From: Enterobacter phage vB_ExiM_F4M1E
Strand: one strand, 5' to 3'
Length of the DNA: 64,000 nucleotides
Sequence record: OL744216.1
Shown here one piece after another: positions 34,222 to 44,596 of this stretch (position 1 is its first letter; every line of letters begins with the position of its first letter). The notes under the pieces were generated by a model. The model saw nothing but the letters and a program-made list of their open reading frames with translations, had not been told where the DNA came from and searched no databases. The translations under genes and the position numbers were made by a program.

Positions 34222-36452
34222 CCATCATCATCCTGATCGTTGCCGTCTTTGGTCTCTTGGTAGTACAGAGTCTTCAGTCCATGCTTATACGCCCACATGA
34301 TGTCTCGCAGCACGACCTTAATCGGCAGCTTACCGCCCGGGAAATCCCAAGGCTTGTAGAAGGTGTTCGCCGACGCAGCTTGGTCGATGAACTTCTGCAT
34401 GATTGCCACGAGGCCCAAGTAAGGGAGCGGAGAATCCATGTCCCACTTGTACTCGTAGACCACGCTCGGGTCTTCTACCCCCGGCACCAACACTGGTAGC
34501 ATCCCAGCGGAGGATTTCTTGAAGGAAATCGCATCACGAGGAGGCTCGAACCCGTTGGTGGAGTTGGTGATTTGGCTGGAGGTCTCACAAGGCATCATCG
34601 TGGACAGCGTAGAGTTACGCAGGCCATGAAGCGCGATGTCGAGGCGCAGCTTTTCCCAATCCATCTTCAGTTCCGCAGTGTGGAGGGCATCCACTTCCTT
34701 CTTGTAACGGTCGATCGGCAGAATGCCTTGAGAATACGTGGTCTCGTGGAAGAGATCACATTTACCCAGTTCTTTCGCCAGGTCAACCGACGCTTCCAGC
34801 AGGTAATACTGGAATGCTTCAGCCAGTTCGTGAACAGCGTTTGCTGCACGAGGATCGCTGTACTTCAGCCCGCGCTTCGCCAGGTAGTACGCCAAGTTGG
34901 TCCAGCCGATACCCAGTGTACGGCGCAGTTTAGTCTTCTCCGCTGCCAGTACCGGATAGTTCTGGTAGTCCAGCAGACGATCCAGAGCACGAACCAGTGT
35001 ACGGACAGGCTCACGCATGTCTTCCAGCTTCTCAATCTTACCAAGGTTAATGGCAGACAGAGTACACAGGGCCACTTCACCCGGATCTTTCGGGTCGTTA
35101 ATGTCATTGATCGGGTGCGTCGGCAGCGCGATCTCCATGCACAGGTTGGACTGTTTCACCGGGGCCTGTTTAGGGTCAAACGGGCTGTTGGTGTTGCAGT
35201 GGTCAACGTGCTGAACATAAATACGACCAGTTTGTGAACGCTCCTGCCCAAAGACAGAGAATGCGTCCGCCGCAGAGATAGACTTCTTCGCCACGGAAGG
35301 ATCTGCTTCCAGTTCCTCGTAAAGCTGTTGGAATTTCTCCTGGTCAGAGAAGAAATACTCATACAGCTTACCACCTGCCACGTTAGGATGGAACAACGTG
35401 ATGTTTTTGCCATGCTGAAGGCGAGTGTACAGCAGCTTGTTGATCTGGAGGCCATAGTCCACATGGCGAGCACGAGTGCTCTCGGTGCCACGGTTGTTCT
35501 TCAGAACGATCAGGCTCTCAAAATCCCAGTGCCACATCGGGTAGAAATAGTTAGCCGATGCCTTACGGACGCCGCCCTGAGAGGTCCACCCAAGAGACTC
35601 TTGGTACATACGGACAATCGGGACGGTGCCTGCGTGTTTAACCTCGCCACCACGAATGGCTGCATCCTGACCACGAATCATACCGAAGTTCAGGCCGATC
35701 CCTGCACGTTGCGCCGCATACTTACCTTGTGCGGTGTTGGCATTAAAGATCTGGTTGATATCGTCACCAGACTCGATCAGTACGCAAGAGCTAAACTGAC
35801 GGGTCGGGGTACGAACACCTGCCATGATCGGTGTCGGTAAGGACACCTTCATCAGGGACACGTTCTCGTACAGATCAACAATTCGATCCAGACGGGTCTT
35901 TTTATCTTCCTTAGACAAGAGGCCCATAGCGATCAACATCAGCGCCATCTGAGGAGATTCGTAAATCTCCCCGGTAACACGGTTCTTGACCAGATACTTG
36001 TCTTCGTACTGGCGCATGGCGGCATAGGTGTAATCGAAGTCGCGGTCGTGAACGATCTTATCATTCAGGAAAGCAATCTCATCACGGGTGTAATCGTCCA
36101 GCAGATGACGATCGTACTTGCCGTTGCCCACGTTAAGATAAATCTGATGGAACAGGTCGAACGGCTGGAAATCACCATATGCCTCTTTACGGATCTTGAA
36201 CAGCAGCAGTCGTGCAGCAGCGTACTGATAATCCGGGTTCTGAACACTAATCAGGTCAGATGCGGCCTTGATCAGTGTTTCGTGAATGGCCTTTGTTGTT
36301 ACGCCATCGAACATTTGGATCTGGGCTTTCATAAGGATCTCTGATGCACACACATCGAGACCTTCACATGCCCACTCTACCACACGGTTAGCCTTCTCGG
36401 CATCGAACTTCTCTGTCGAACCGGAATTTTTTACAACATTAATGCTGGTCAA
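34194..36452 (-). CDS. nrdA: ribonucleotide reductase class Ia alpha subunit with ATP cone
   Basis: 752 aa; N-terminal ATP cone; C-terminal Cys pair. Confidence 0.9.
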   Translation of the reverse strand: MTSINVVKNSGSTEKFDAEKANRVVEWACEGLDVCASEILMKAQIQMFDGVTTKAIHETLIKAASDLISVQNPDYQYAAARLLLFKIRKEAYGDFQPFDLFHQIYLNVGNGKYDRHLLDDYTRDEIAFLNDKIVHDRDFDYTYAAMRQYEDKYLVKNRVTGEIYESPQMALMLIAMGLLSKEDKKTRLDRIVDLYENVSLMKVSLPTPIMAGVRTPTRQFSSCVLIESGDDINQIFNANTAQGKYAAQRAGIGLNFGMIRGQDAAIRGGEVKHAGTVPIVRMYQESLGWTSQGGVRKASANYFYPMWHWDFESLIVLKNNRGTESTRARHVDYGLQINKLLYTRLQHGKNITLFHPNVAGGKLYEYFFSDQEKFQQLYEELEADPSVAKKSISAADAFSVFGQERSQTGRIYVQHVDHCNTNSPFDPKQAPVKQSNLCMEIALPTHPINDINDPKDPGEVALCTLSAINLGKIEKLEDMREPVRTLVRALDRLLDYQNYPVLAAEKTKLRRTLGIGWTNLAYYLAKRGLKYSDPRAANAVHELAEAFQYYLLEASVDLAKELGKCDLFHETTYSQGILPIDRYKKEVDALHTAELKMDWEKLRLDIALHGLRNSTLSTMMPCETSSQITNSTNGFEPPRDAISFKKSSAGMLPVLVPGVEDPSVVYEYKWDMDSPLPYLGLVAIMQKFIDQAASANTFYKPWDFPGGKLPIKVVLRDIMWAYKHGLKTLYYQETKDGNDQDDDGCGGGACKL

Positions 36453-36470
36453 GCGGATCTCCTTATTGAA

Positions 36471-36701
36471 TTACTTAGCTTCAGGCTTTTTGACTTCGTA
36501 CTGCTCAACATCTTCCTCGGAAGCCGCACCGAGGCGGATTGTTTTACCGGAGTACGGGTCGTGGTACGTGTCGTCGTAACCCATCGACTCATCACACAGG
36601 TCGTTGAACTGCAACCAGCCAATATACTCGGCTTTGCTTTGGAAGCCACGTTTGAACCACTTAGTCTGCTCATCCGGAACAGCATTGTTTTTCTTCGCCA
36701 T
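36471..36701 (-). CDS. hypothetical protein (76 aa)
   Basis: ORF. Confidence 0.45.
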   Translation of the reverse strand: MAKKNNAVPDEQTKWFKRGFQSKAEYIGWLQFNDLCDESMGYDDTYHDPYSGKTIRLGAASEEDVEQYEVKKPEAK

Positions 36702-36703
36702 GA

Positions 36704-37219
36704 TTATGCTCCTTTCACCAGGTTGAAAATGTCATCCATGTCATCGAACTCTGGCAAGTCCATGACGATCACGTCGCTACGATCCTCGCGTTTGGTATAC
36801 TTGCGGGTGTTGACCTTTTCCACAGATGGGATGTCGAACGCCAGAGAGTTCACCAGTGCAGCGCCGACGGCACTGTTCACGTCGAGGACATCTACTTTAT
36901 CATAAATTCCCACGAACGGGAAGTCACGTTCATCACGCAGACGACCTGAGAAAATGGTTGTCGTGCGGAACATGTAAGGCTTATCAGCACATCGGACATT
37001 TACGCCGTCCATGCGATCAATCTTGCATGGGACGTACAGACCAGTCTCTTCATTCAGGACAGAGACCTCAAATCCAATCAGGTGCAACACTTGGCGAAGG
37101 GTTTCCTTTTTCTTCATGTCCTTTCCAAGAAACTTTGCACACTCGACGATGAAATCCAGAGTCACAGAGCCATATTTAATATTTTTACCGAAAGCCATTT
37201 TACATCTCCTCGTACACAA
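36704..37219 (-). CDS. hypothetical protein (171 aa)
   Basis: ORF in the nucleotide-metabolism cluster. Confidence 0.5.
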   Translation of the reverse strand: MCTRRCKMAFGKNIKYGSVTLDFIVECAKFLGKDMKKKETLRQVLHLIGFEVSVLNEETGLYVPCKIDRMDGVNVRCADKPYMFRTTTIFSGRLRDERDFPFVGIYDKVDVLDVNSAVGAALVNSLAFDIPSVEKVNTRKYTKREDRSDVIVMDLPEFDDMDDIFNLVKGA

Positions 37220-37279
37220 ATTCCGGGGCCAATGCCCCGGTCATAACAGAATAGGGTAAGGTTACTTCTTTGTCAAACT

Positions 37280-38293
37280 TTATTTTGCAACATGGCCCGG
37301 AATTAACTGACGGTGCTGGATGAACCCCTTGAAGTTACCCGACCAGAAGTTACCGTCACGATCAACATGAGTGATCCCCTCTTCCCATGTCTCAACGCAC
37401 CAGAAGACGTTTACTTGCTGCTGTCCATACTCGACGTCATCCCAAGTCTCTTCGATCTCTCGCGCCTGATGTTCGAAAGGAGAAGCATGGACCTTCTTCC
37501 CAGCAACCAGTCGGGTGTAGATGTCCAGTGCCTTGTCCTTGGTACTGTCCAGACGGCGGTAGCTCACCTGACCACAGCAAGAGGCAGAGATACGCAGAGC
37601 CTCTTCCTCGGTCAGCATTACCGGGCGATCATTTTCGTCCAGAACGCAGTAACCTTCGAAGATGTGTGCGTCGCCCTCCGGCCCGAAACCGTACACGTGG
37701 TCAACATACGGTGTGTGCCATACGCCCGGCTGGAGTAACTCCGGCTCCGAGTTTTCCATCGCCTCTTTCATGAGATTTGCCAGCACTTCGATCGTAGGGT
37801 CTGCATCCGCATCGACACGAAGCCACAGGAAGTTTTCCATTTCCGTTGCGGTCATGACCGTCTTCATCATCTGGAACGGTTCGATCAGGCGATTGGCGAT
37901 CTGTTTGTGATAGCCCGCCTCTTCAAAGCTCAAAGCCATGTCACAAGCCCGACGGGCGGCAATGGCCCATGCGGCACGTCCAGTCACTTTACGGCATAAT
38001 CCGGAGACATCAACCATACCATCATGCTCGGCCCCCTTGTCCTGCATACCCGGCTGGTTTGAACCGAATCGAACGGGCATTGCCATGTTGGTACGGATCA
38101 ACTCAACCATCTTTTTGATCGGCACGGCGCGGGATGACATCGCGTTTCGGCTGAACAGTCGGTGAGTCATAAACTCGCTGTGGATGATACGGGGGTACGT
38201 CAGTTCAAACGTCGTGATACGCCCGCCGCGCTGGCCCACCGAGTCTGCGATAATCTGAACTTCGATGTTGCCTTTGCTAAATACCTGACCCAT
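37280..38293 (-). CDS. thyX: flavin-dependent thymidylate synthase
   Basis: ThyX RHRX7-8S signature (EFMTHRLFSRNAMSSRA). Confidence 0.85.
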   Translation of the reverse strand: MGQVFSKGNIEVQIIADSVGQRGGRITTFELTYPRIIHSEFMTHRLFSRNAMSSRAVPIKKMVELIRTNMAMPVRFGSNQPGMQDKGAEHDGMVDVSGLCRKVTGRAAWAIAARRACDMALSFEEAGYHKQIANRLIEPFQMMKTVMTATEMENFLWLRVDADADPTIEVLANLMKEAMENSEPELLQPGVWHTPYVDHVYGFGPEGDAHIFEGYCVLDENDRPVMLTEEEALRISASCCGQVSYRRLDSTKDKALDIYTRLVAGKKVHASPFEHQAREIEETWDDVEYGQQQVNVFWCVETWEEGITHVDRDGNFWSGNFKGFIQHRQLIPGHVAK

Positions 38294-38308
38294 TAAAATC
38301 TCCTCTAA

Positions 38309-38530
38309 TTACTTCAACTTACGCAATCGGTAAGGACCAACAATATTGTGCCGGACAGCAAGGTAGATGTCAAACATTTCCTTACACATGTCCTGAGTTA
38401 CTCGGAAAGAGGTGAGGAGGTCTCCCTCCTCAGATCTCACCTCAACATGTTCGCCATAGCGAACGATGTATCGACCTTTCCCGCACCGCATTACAGGGTT
38501 TCCAGCAGCCACTCGGCGATCACGTTCCAA
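38309..38530 (-). CDS. hypothetical protein (73 aa)
   Basis: ORF. Confidence 0.4.
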   Translation of the reverse strand: MERDRRVAAGNPVMRCGKGRYIVRYGEHVEVRSEEGDLLTSFRVTQDMCKEMFDIYLAVRHNIVGPYRLRKLK

Positions 38531-39138
38531 TCACTGGATACCAAATCGTATTGGGTACGAGGGGCTTCTTCCTGAGTGAACGGGGTGTCAAATTTTACCT
38601 TGATCACCTCATCCGGGAACTGGTTCAGGAACTGGTGACGATCGTCGATGATTACGCCACCAGCCACGCCTGCTTTTACTTTTGTCGCATAAAACCCGCT
38701 GCCGTCAGAACCACCGTCCAGATCCAAAAATGGGCACTGGCGCTTCAGGAAGCGTACTTTGCTGCTGAAGTGGCCCTTCTTGCAGTAAGATACGAACCGA
38801 ATCGGGTGACCTGCCTCATGGAGGCGACGGACGGCATCAACTGCCCCCGGCAAAGGCTTCAATTTGTCGTAAAGATGCGGATCTTCCCAGAACTCATAAG
38901 GTTCAATGGCTTCCTTGCAGCGATTAGGGAAATACTTGGACAGGTTGTAATTATACAACCCATTCTCGTAACGATCGCGCTGCATAGCGTCGCTATCTGG
39001 GTCACACTGATACACATCCGTCATCCAGTCAAGCCAAGGCCAGCCAGAATCAACAAAGGTCAGGTCCACATCGATCAGGATCGGGGTCTTAGTGAATGAC
39101 ATACAGGTCGCTCCCTTTACAGTCTTGCACAAACTCAC
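38491..39138 (-). CDS. HAD-family phosphatase, probable 5'-deoxynucleotidase
   Basis: HAD motif I ILIDVDLT. Confidence 0.55.
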   Translation of the reverse strand: MSLCKTVKGATCMSFTKTPILIDVDLTFVDSGWPWLDWMTDVYQCDPDSDAMQRDRYENGLYNYNLSKYFPNRCKEAIEPYEFWEDPHLYDKLKPLPGAVDAVRRLHEAGHPIRFVSYCKKGHFSSKVRFLKRQCPFLDLDGGSDGSGFYATKVKAGVAGGVIIDDRHQFLNQFPDEVIKVKFDTPFTQEEAPRTQYDLVSSDWNVIAEWLLETL

Positions 39139-39748
39139 AAATCTTACGGACCGTTCCGTTAAGATCGCCTTCTTCGTTCAGAATATCAGTCTCGTACATC
39201 CGGAGATGTTCAGGAAACTCTTTCGCATAGATATATCGGCGAGAATCCCCATCGAAGTTGTACTCCGTACCATCTTTCTTGAGTCGGTGGATTCGGACAA
39301 GGAAATAATTGTCCGGTCCGACCACATTCACAACCGGAATGGACTCCTCCAGGAACCCTCCGTCGCTAACCACAACTACCAGTTGCACATCTGCCGGGGT
39401 TTCATCCTTCAGTTTTTGCAACTTGGCGGCGAAAGCCTTGCCAAACACATCGTTGCCGAAGGTTGGCTTCATGATATTCTCAGAGCAGTGGATCATCCAG
39501 TCACGAGGACTGACGTTCACTCCGTTGATCTGGAGATACGGGCACGGCTTCTCTTTGTACTCACGCTCATACAGGGCGAACCACAGCTTACGGCTCAGGC
39601 CGGATGCCCGGATGGCGATATCGAACAGAAGCTCCTTGAACTCCATGTGGACGACCTCAAACCCCGGGGTGTTGATGTAACTGTGGAGACCTTCGCACAA
39701 TGCATCTTTGCCAGCGCCCGCTGGGGCGTTCAAATTAATCAGGATCAT
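39089..39748 (-). CDS. deoxynucleoside monophosphate kinase-like P-loop protein
   Basis: NLNAPAGAGKD P-loop. Confidence 0.55.
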   Translation of the reverse strand: MILINLNAPAGAGKDALCEGLHSYINTPGFEVVHMEFKELLFDIAIRASGLSRKLWFALYEREYKEKPCPYLQINGVNVSPRDWMIHCSENIMKPTFGNDVFGKAFAAKLQKLKDETPADVQLVVVVSDGGFLEESIPVVNVVGPDNYFLVRIHRLKKDGTEYNFDGDSRRYIYAKEFPEHLRMYETDILNEEGDLNGTVRKICEFVQDCKGSDLYVIH

Positions 39749-40053
39749 TAGTTCTCAAACTCCTCTCTGTACCAAGATGGCTTTTTAGCCAAATAACCAT
39801 TAATCCGCTCAAGTTCATCAAGGACCGCACGGGCCTTTCCTTCACTGGTGAATTTTCGGATTGTTTTCCAACCCTTCCTGTGAAGAGGACTACCAACATA
39901 AGGTTCACTTTCCACATACCGGAACTCCTGAACCTTATACTTAAAGAAGTAGGAAGTTGGGTCATAGAAGACACGATACTTGAACTGGTCCCCATTTTCC
40001 CTGTGCGCCTGCTTCTTGTCAAGCGCAGCTTTCATCTCTGCCGTAATAAACAT
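39748..40053 (-). CDS. hypothetical protein (101 aa)
   Basis: ORF. Confidence 0.45.
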   Translation of the reverse strand: MFITAEMKAALDKKQAHRENGDQFKYRVFYDPTSYFFKYKVQEFRYVESEPYVGSPLHRKGWKTIRKFTSEGKARAVLDELERINGYLAKKPSWYREEFEN

Positions 40054-40071
40054 GATCGTTTCTCCCTTTCC

Positions 40072-40101
40072 AAAAAGAAAACCGCCCCGAAGGGCGGCTT
40101 T
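40072..40101 (-). terminator. rho-independent terminator
   Basis: caaaaagaaaa then ccgccccgaagggcgg. Confidence 0.55.
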
Positions 40102-40103
40102 GA

Positions 40104-41186
40104 TTACAGAATGTTCGCCAGCGTTTTCTTCATCGCTGCCTTCTCACGAACGTTCTGGCGGTCACGGGCACAAGACCCGCATTCCTGACAACGGTACACC
40201 TTGAATTTGGACAGGAATGTGTGGGCAGATTTGCCTTTTTCTTCCACCAAATCGTCGGAACCGCAGCGTACACATCGCATCACAGACTGATCCGGGTGGA
40301 ACAGGGCAATGTTAGGGTGCTTACGCATAAACGGACGAACGGTCAGGTACAGTTCCTCCAGTGTCGGGATATCCCCGATGTTGTACTCTTCCATTTCGTC
40401 GAATGCCGTAGGATCACCTTCCACACAGCGACGCCACAGACCGAATCCTTCGTGAGACAACTTACGGCTGTCCAGTTCGAAGTAGTTACACGCCGCTTCC
40501 AGTGCATTGGAAGGCAGAGAGAACGACTCCTTCAGTGCCGCCAGTGTGTCGATCGTGATGTATGGGCTTGGCGGTTGCATACCGTAATATGCGAAACGCT
40601 GGTTGGCCCAACCACGGTCGAAACGGGCGTTGTGTGCAATGAAGATATCACACTCGTCAAGGACTTGCCAGAGATCCTGAATCAGTTTTTTATCCGATTG
40701 ATGATCTCGTGCAAACTCTTCCGGGTAGTCGGTCAGTTTACGACTGAAGATGGACGGGTTGTGCAGCCACTTCCCGGCGAACGTCAGCATGTACGGCTCT
40801 TGAATAACCTGCTTCGGCGCGATGAATTGCTTGAAGCGACCAAACGAATAGGCGATGCTCGGAGATGTCTCGACATCACCAAGGAACACTTTGGCACCCG
40901 GGTTATTTTCCTTCACCTTTTCAATGAAGGTCTTCTGGATCTCGGCGACAGTCTTGCCGCTATTGACCTGTTGCTGCATGAAATCCGCATACTCGTCCGG
41001 AGTTGGGATGCTATCGATCAGTTCCTGAACAGTGTCCAGATTACGTGCTTCCAGTTCACGCTTCAGCATGTTGCGTACAGTTGACTCTTGAGATTCCTTG
41101 CCCAGTTGACGGGCCACCTCACGTTGGGACAACCCACCCTTCATCAGAGCCATAACCTGTTCAACAGTAAAAGTCACATTAGCCAA
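40104..41186 (-). CDS. DnaQ-like 3'-5' exonuclease with N-terminal HTH and C-terminal zinc finger (TTG start)
   Basis: Exo III motif IAHNARFD; C-terminal CVRCG...CQECG. Confidence 0.6.
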   Translation of the reverse strand: MANVTFTVEQVMALMKGGLSQREVARQLGKESQESTVRNMLKRELEARNLDTVQELIDSIPTPDEYADFMQQQVNSGKTVAEIQKTFIEKVKENNPGAKVFLGDVETSPSIAYSFGRFKQFIAPKQVIQEPYMLTFAGKWLHNPSIFSRKLTDYPEEFARDHQSDKKLIQDLWQVLDECDIFIAHNARFDRGWANQRFAYYGMQPPSPYITIDTLAALKESFSLPSNALEAACNYFELDSRKLSHEGFGLWRRCVEGDPTAFDEMEEYNIGDIPTLEELYLTVRPFMRKHPNIALFHPDQSVMRCVRCGSDDLVEEKGKSAHTFLSKFKVYRCQECGSCARDRQNVREKAAMKKTLANIL

Positions 41187-41200
41187 AATTAATCTCCCGA

Positions 41201-41464
41201 TTACTTACAAAATTCGATAATGTCTACCACGGCGAAGTCACGAACATCGTCTTTATCGACATCGTGCGCCTTGATGAACCACTGAGCGCCTTTATGGTAC
41301 TCACTTTCCCCGTACCAGAACATTGGGGCACCCTTGATGGTTCGATAACCGCATTCACCTCTCCAGTTACGGTAGAAGAACCGAATGTTCGGGGCATCCA
41401 ACCCCGCATACAGACTTCGATCGATCTTACTCATAAAGATAGTCTTCCTCCAATTTCCGGACAA
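41201..41464 (-). CDS. hypothetical protein (87 aa)
   Basis: ORF. Confidence 0.45.
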   Translation of the reverse strand: MSGNWRKTIFMSKIDRSLYAGLDAPNIRFFYRNWRGECGYRTIKGAPMFWYGESEYHKGAQWFIKAHDVDKDDVRDFAVVDIIEFCK

Positions 41465-41996
41465 ACTCAGTGACGTAGATGGTGATCATTACGCCCTTGT
41501 CCAGGTTCTCGTCAATAACGATACCGAAGTTCAGGTAGGCGTTACGGGCGATAGTTTCCTTTGTCCACCTCTTGAGTGACTTCTTCAAGTCGGCGACAAT
41601 CTCTCCGTGGAACTTATGGTGGAGATAGTCCCTTTCAAGATAGTCTGCCAGTCTACGCAGAGTTTCACTCATTGTCAACCCTGTTTTTCCTTCCATGTGC
41701 TTAGACCACAACTTCTGGACTCCGCCCTCGAAAAGATTAAGAGTTGACCCAATGACCCCACGGCATTTTCCGTCGTAATGGTCATGGTCCAAACATGGGT
41801 CTGTCATCGGCTCCCGCAGGATAGCACAAAGGCCACCCTGCTCCAAAAGGAGTTGATCCCTATAGGCCGCAATACTCTTCGACCCAGACACCCACTTATC
41901 CTTGCTCAAAGGTACACGAATCGGCGTTGTAGCCTTCACTTTAGCAGTGAAGCTGGGCTTCCTCGATCGCCTTCTTCTCCCTGTCCGTATTGCCAC
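41427..41996 (-). CDS. endonuclease VII-like (His-Me finger) junction resolvase
   Basis: CAILREP...LDHDHYDGKCRGV...LFEG parallels the T4 EndoVII C-x-x-C...LDHDH...VRGLLC..C..EG segment. Confidence 0.6.
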   Translation of the reverse strand: MAIRTGRRRRSRKPSFTAKVKATTPIRVPLSKDKWVSGSKSIAAYRDQLLLEQGGLCAILREPMTDPCLDHDHYDGKCRGVIGSTLNLFEGGVQKLWSKHMEGKTGLTMSETLRRLADYLERDYLHHKFHGEIVADLKKSLKRWTKETIARNAYLNFGIVIDENLDKGVMITIYVTEFVRKLEEDYLYE

Positions 41997-42600
41997 TAAT
42001 ACCCTCCATCGTCAGAGCGAAAAGGAACTCCTCCCGGGTCGGGTTTTTGAAGTCCTCAAAATATCCCAGCATGGTCCGGCGGAATAGCGTAACAGGAAAG
42101 TCAAACTTATCCGACAGTGATCCGACATTTGTACCGACGCCTGTACTGGTCAGGGCAATATCTGAACCCAGTCCGTTCCTGATCCTCTCGTCGTTTTGCG
42201 TTAAGAGGAACATAGCCATGCCCGGTATGTAATCTGATCTTTTGCAACGAGACATCACCTGTGCCAAGTTTTCAGGATACTCCATCCTCTCAAAACCCCT
42301 CCCGGTGACGAGGACCTCATCATAAACGAGGCCCCTTGTCTTTTCTGCCCAAGACCACTGATTAGTGCAGTAAAAGTTGATCAGAAAATCAACATTCAGC
42401 ACCGTGTCACGAACAATGATCTCGTCGAAGTGTTTCCTGTCTACAGACTCGTATGTTTTATCGCGGGAAAGGGTCCCCTGCAAAGAAAACCTCCAGTCCT
42501 GCTTATCACTCCGGTCGTAACACAGGATGACCTTACGTGTTGCGTTCTTTAAGATCGAATCCCAGTCTCTCTCCGTTCCTTTCAAGGAAACACCCTCCAA
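41941..42600 (-). CDS. hypothetical protein (219 aa)
   Basis: ORF. Confidence 0.5.
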   Translation of the reverse strand: MEGVSLKGTERDWDSILKNATRKVILCYDRSDKQDWRFSLQGTLSRDKTYESVDRKHFDEIIVRDTVLNVDFLINFYCTNQWSWAEKTRGLVYDEVLVTGRGFERMEYPENLAQVMSRCKRSDYIPGMAMFLLTQNDERIRNGLGSDIALTSTGVGTNVGSLSDKFDFPVTLFRRTMLGYFEDFKNPTREEFLFALTMEGISGNTDREKKAIEEAQLHC

Positions 42601-43171
42601 TCAGGATGGCGTCGGCGAGGTCAGTAGCCCCGCCATTCTTTCCAGACTTATTATAGCCCTTCAGGAATCCCGGATGCAGGATCTCGCAAACACGCATCAT
42701 TTCGTTTTTGCCCATCTTCACCTTGACCATCTTCGTCCCGGCATCGTTCATGGTTTCCTGTTCTTCACCCGGTAACCACTTACGCGCCCAAGACTTAACC
42801 GATGTTGGTGCGATGACATGAATTTGGTCCATAGTATACCCATCCCGCAGGAGAGTCAACTGGATAGCATAAAACAATCCAGCCAAGTCTCGTGTGGCAT
42901 CACCAACGGAACCCAAACTCAACGACTCAAGAACGATATGATCCACATCGAAAGAATCGCAAACCCCCGCAATCTGCCCGGTGATGTATGCGATCTGCTC
43001 CGCCGTATGCTCGAAGTACATGCACCAACCTTTGGAGTCTTTGGCCTTCTTCTCCGAACCAGTGGTGTGGAGGACCTCCTTAAAGATCGGCACACCGTCC
43101 TCCAGAACCACGTAGGCACAGGAGGACAAACTCTGGTCAATCGTCAATAAGCGCATCATCATCCCCAGCAA
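42533..43171 (-). CDS. RuvC-like (RNase H fold) resolvase
   Basis: LLTIDQSLSSCAYVVLEDG ... VDHIVLESL ... IAPTSVKSWA resembles phage RuvC. Confidence 0.5.
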   Translation of the reverse strand: MLGMMMRLLTIDQSLSSCAYVVLEDGVPIFKEVLHTTGSEKKAKDSKGWCMYFEHTAEQIAYITGQIAGVCDSFDVDHIVLESLSLGSVGDATRDLAGLFYAIQLTLLRDGYTMDQIHVIAPTSVKSWARKWLPGEEQETMNDAGTKMVKVKMGKNEMMRVCEILHPGFLKGYNKSGKNGGATDLADAILIGGCFLERNGERLGFDLKERNT

Positions 43172-43472
43172 TAAAATGGTACTGATCCATCAGAAATACG
43201 TAGTTCAGGACTACCTTTTTCACTTCGTCGTAAACGGTGAACATGGCATAGCGATCTCCCGGGTACGGAACTCCGACCGGGTAAACCTCACACAGGCTAT
43301 TCACCCGCTTATCGAACCATTGAATACGCCAAGGCTCTTCCAACATCGTCCACGGTTCTTCGATGAGATAAAAAGTTTTTGAAGCTCCGGGCACTGCTGC
43401 CGCCCGGATCTCGTCTGCCTTTATCATCTCTTCGACGCGAACATCCAAACCGCCAGCGCCGTTTTGAATCAT
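43137..43472 (-). CDS. hypothetical protein (111 aa)
   Basis: ORF. Confidence 0.45.
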   Translation of the reverse strand: MIQNGAGGLDVRVEEMIKADEIRAAAVPGASKTFYLIEEPWTMLEEPWRIQWFDKRVNSLCEVYPVGVPYPGDRYAMFTVYDEVKKVVLNYVFLMDQYHFIAGDDDALIDD

Positions 43473-44590
43473 TACACAACCCCCACTTTACGGAGAACAT
43501 GACCCAGTGTGGTTTTATCATCCGGGGTGCGCTTCATATACACCGCCTGGAAGATAACCGATGCCCACTGCCCGGCGCTGAACTTTCGATCCACGCCCAT
43601 GTGGTCAGTGAACTCCACCCCCTCAGGGAACCACTCCTTATACTGATTGACGATCGCCCCCCACATGGCCTTCTCATCCTGGCAGGGAGAGATGACCTGG
43701 AAAGCAGATGTTTCACCAAACTTGATCTTGTCGAAGTTCTGGTACGGCTTAACGTTATCCGACTGGTCACCGAACAACATCTGGTAACCAAAGAATTTCT
43801 GGCCCCAGCCTTTTACCTTACCTTTCTCCATCCAGATCTCACCCATAGACTCATCAATAAGCCACGGAAGCGGATGCTTCCAGTCTCGCTCTGTAGAGTC
43901 CCGCATGGTGTTAAAGATAAGCCCCGGGCACTGAACCTGATCTTTGTCGAATGATGCCACGATGTAGTTGAATTTGCCAGTCTTTTTGTAATGCAACCAG
44001 CCTTCATACTGCTTCATGGTTAAATAATCATCAGCCTCGATCCCGTCGATAACGATCGCCCCGTACTTACGCTGGACGTATTCTCGGGTGTCTGCCAAGA
44101 GCACCGGGCGGACAGTATCCTCACGATTACCCTTGTAGATCTCCGGCGTAGGCAGTGCCAATCGGAAGTTCCCACTGCCGCCGAGAACCCCAAGACCATT
44201 GGTCGTGCCCATGTGCTCAAGGATCGCATTGATCTTGATCTTCAGTAAGTGGAGGCAGTTTTCAACGGGTTCCGGGTACTGCTTATCCGTAATCGTGAAA
44301 TCATCACGGGTCCAAGGAGTGAACTCCCGGCCCGCTGCCGCCATCTTTGCTTCCATGTTGGTGTTCTGATCCTTCAGCCACCCGCCGACTACTGTTTTCT
44401 GTCGGCCCCAGAACTCTGTTTTGTTCTTGAACTCCATCTGGCGACCAGATTTGTTGTGGGTTGCGATAATGGTCCGCTTCTCTGCGCCCGCCGCCGCAAC
44501 ATAACACGTCTGATCCAAATCAAGAACAATAGTAACATCATCCGTAACAATATCCTTCAGGTTTTCTACAACAGGATAACCCATTACCAA
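43472..44590 (-). CDS. 5'-3' exonuclease / flap endonuclease (FEN family)
   Basis: TIVLDLDQT N-terminal acidic pocket; GIEADD motif as in Pol I 5' nuclease / T5 D15. Confidence 0.55.
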   Translation of the reverse strand: MVMGYPVVENLKDIVTDDVTIVLDLDQTCYVAAAGAEKRTIIATHNKSGRQMEFKNKTEFWGRQKTVVGGWLKDQNTNMEAKMAAAGREFTPWTRDDFTITDKQYPEPVENCLHLLKIKINAILEHMGTTNGLGVLGGSGNFRLALPTPEIYKGNREDTVRPVLLADTREYVQRKYGAIVIDGIEADDYLTMKQYEGWLHYKKTGKFNYIVASFDKDQVQCPGLIFNTMRDSTERDWKHPLPWLIDESMGEIWMEKGKVKGWGQKFFGYQMLFGDQSDNVKPYQNFDKIKFGETSAFQVISPCQDEKAMWGAIVNQYKEWFPEGVEFTDHMGVDRKFSAGQWASVIFQAVYMKRTPDDKTTLGHVLRKVGVV

Positions 44591-44596
44591 CTCCTC

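Noticed and set aside
34572-36579. Plus-strand ORFs inside nrdA (34572..35237, 35328..35840, 36048..36344, 36286..36579) and inside nrdB/thyX (32910..33554, 33346..34097, 37313..37910)
   Set aside because: Antisense to long, motif-verified minus-strand genes (NrdA, NrdB, ThyX). Typical shadow ORFs.
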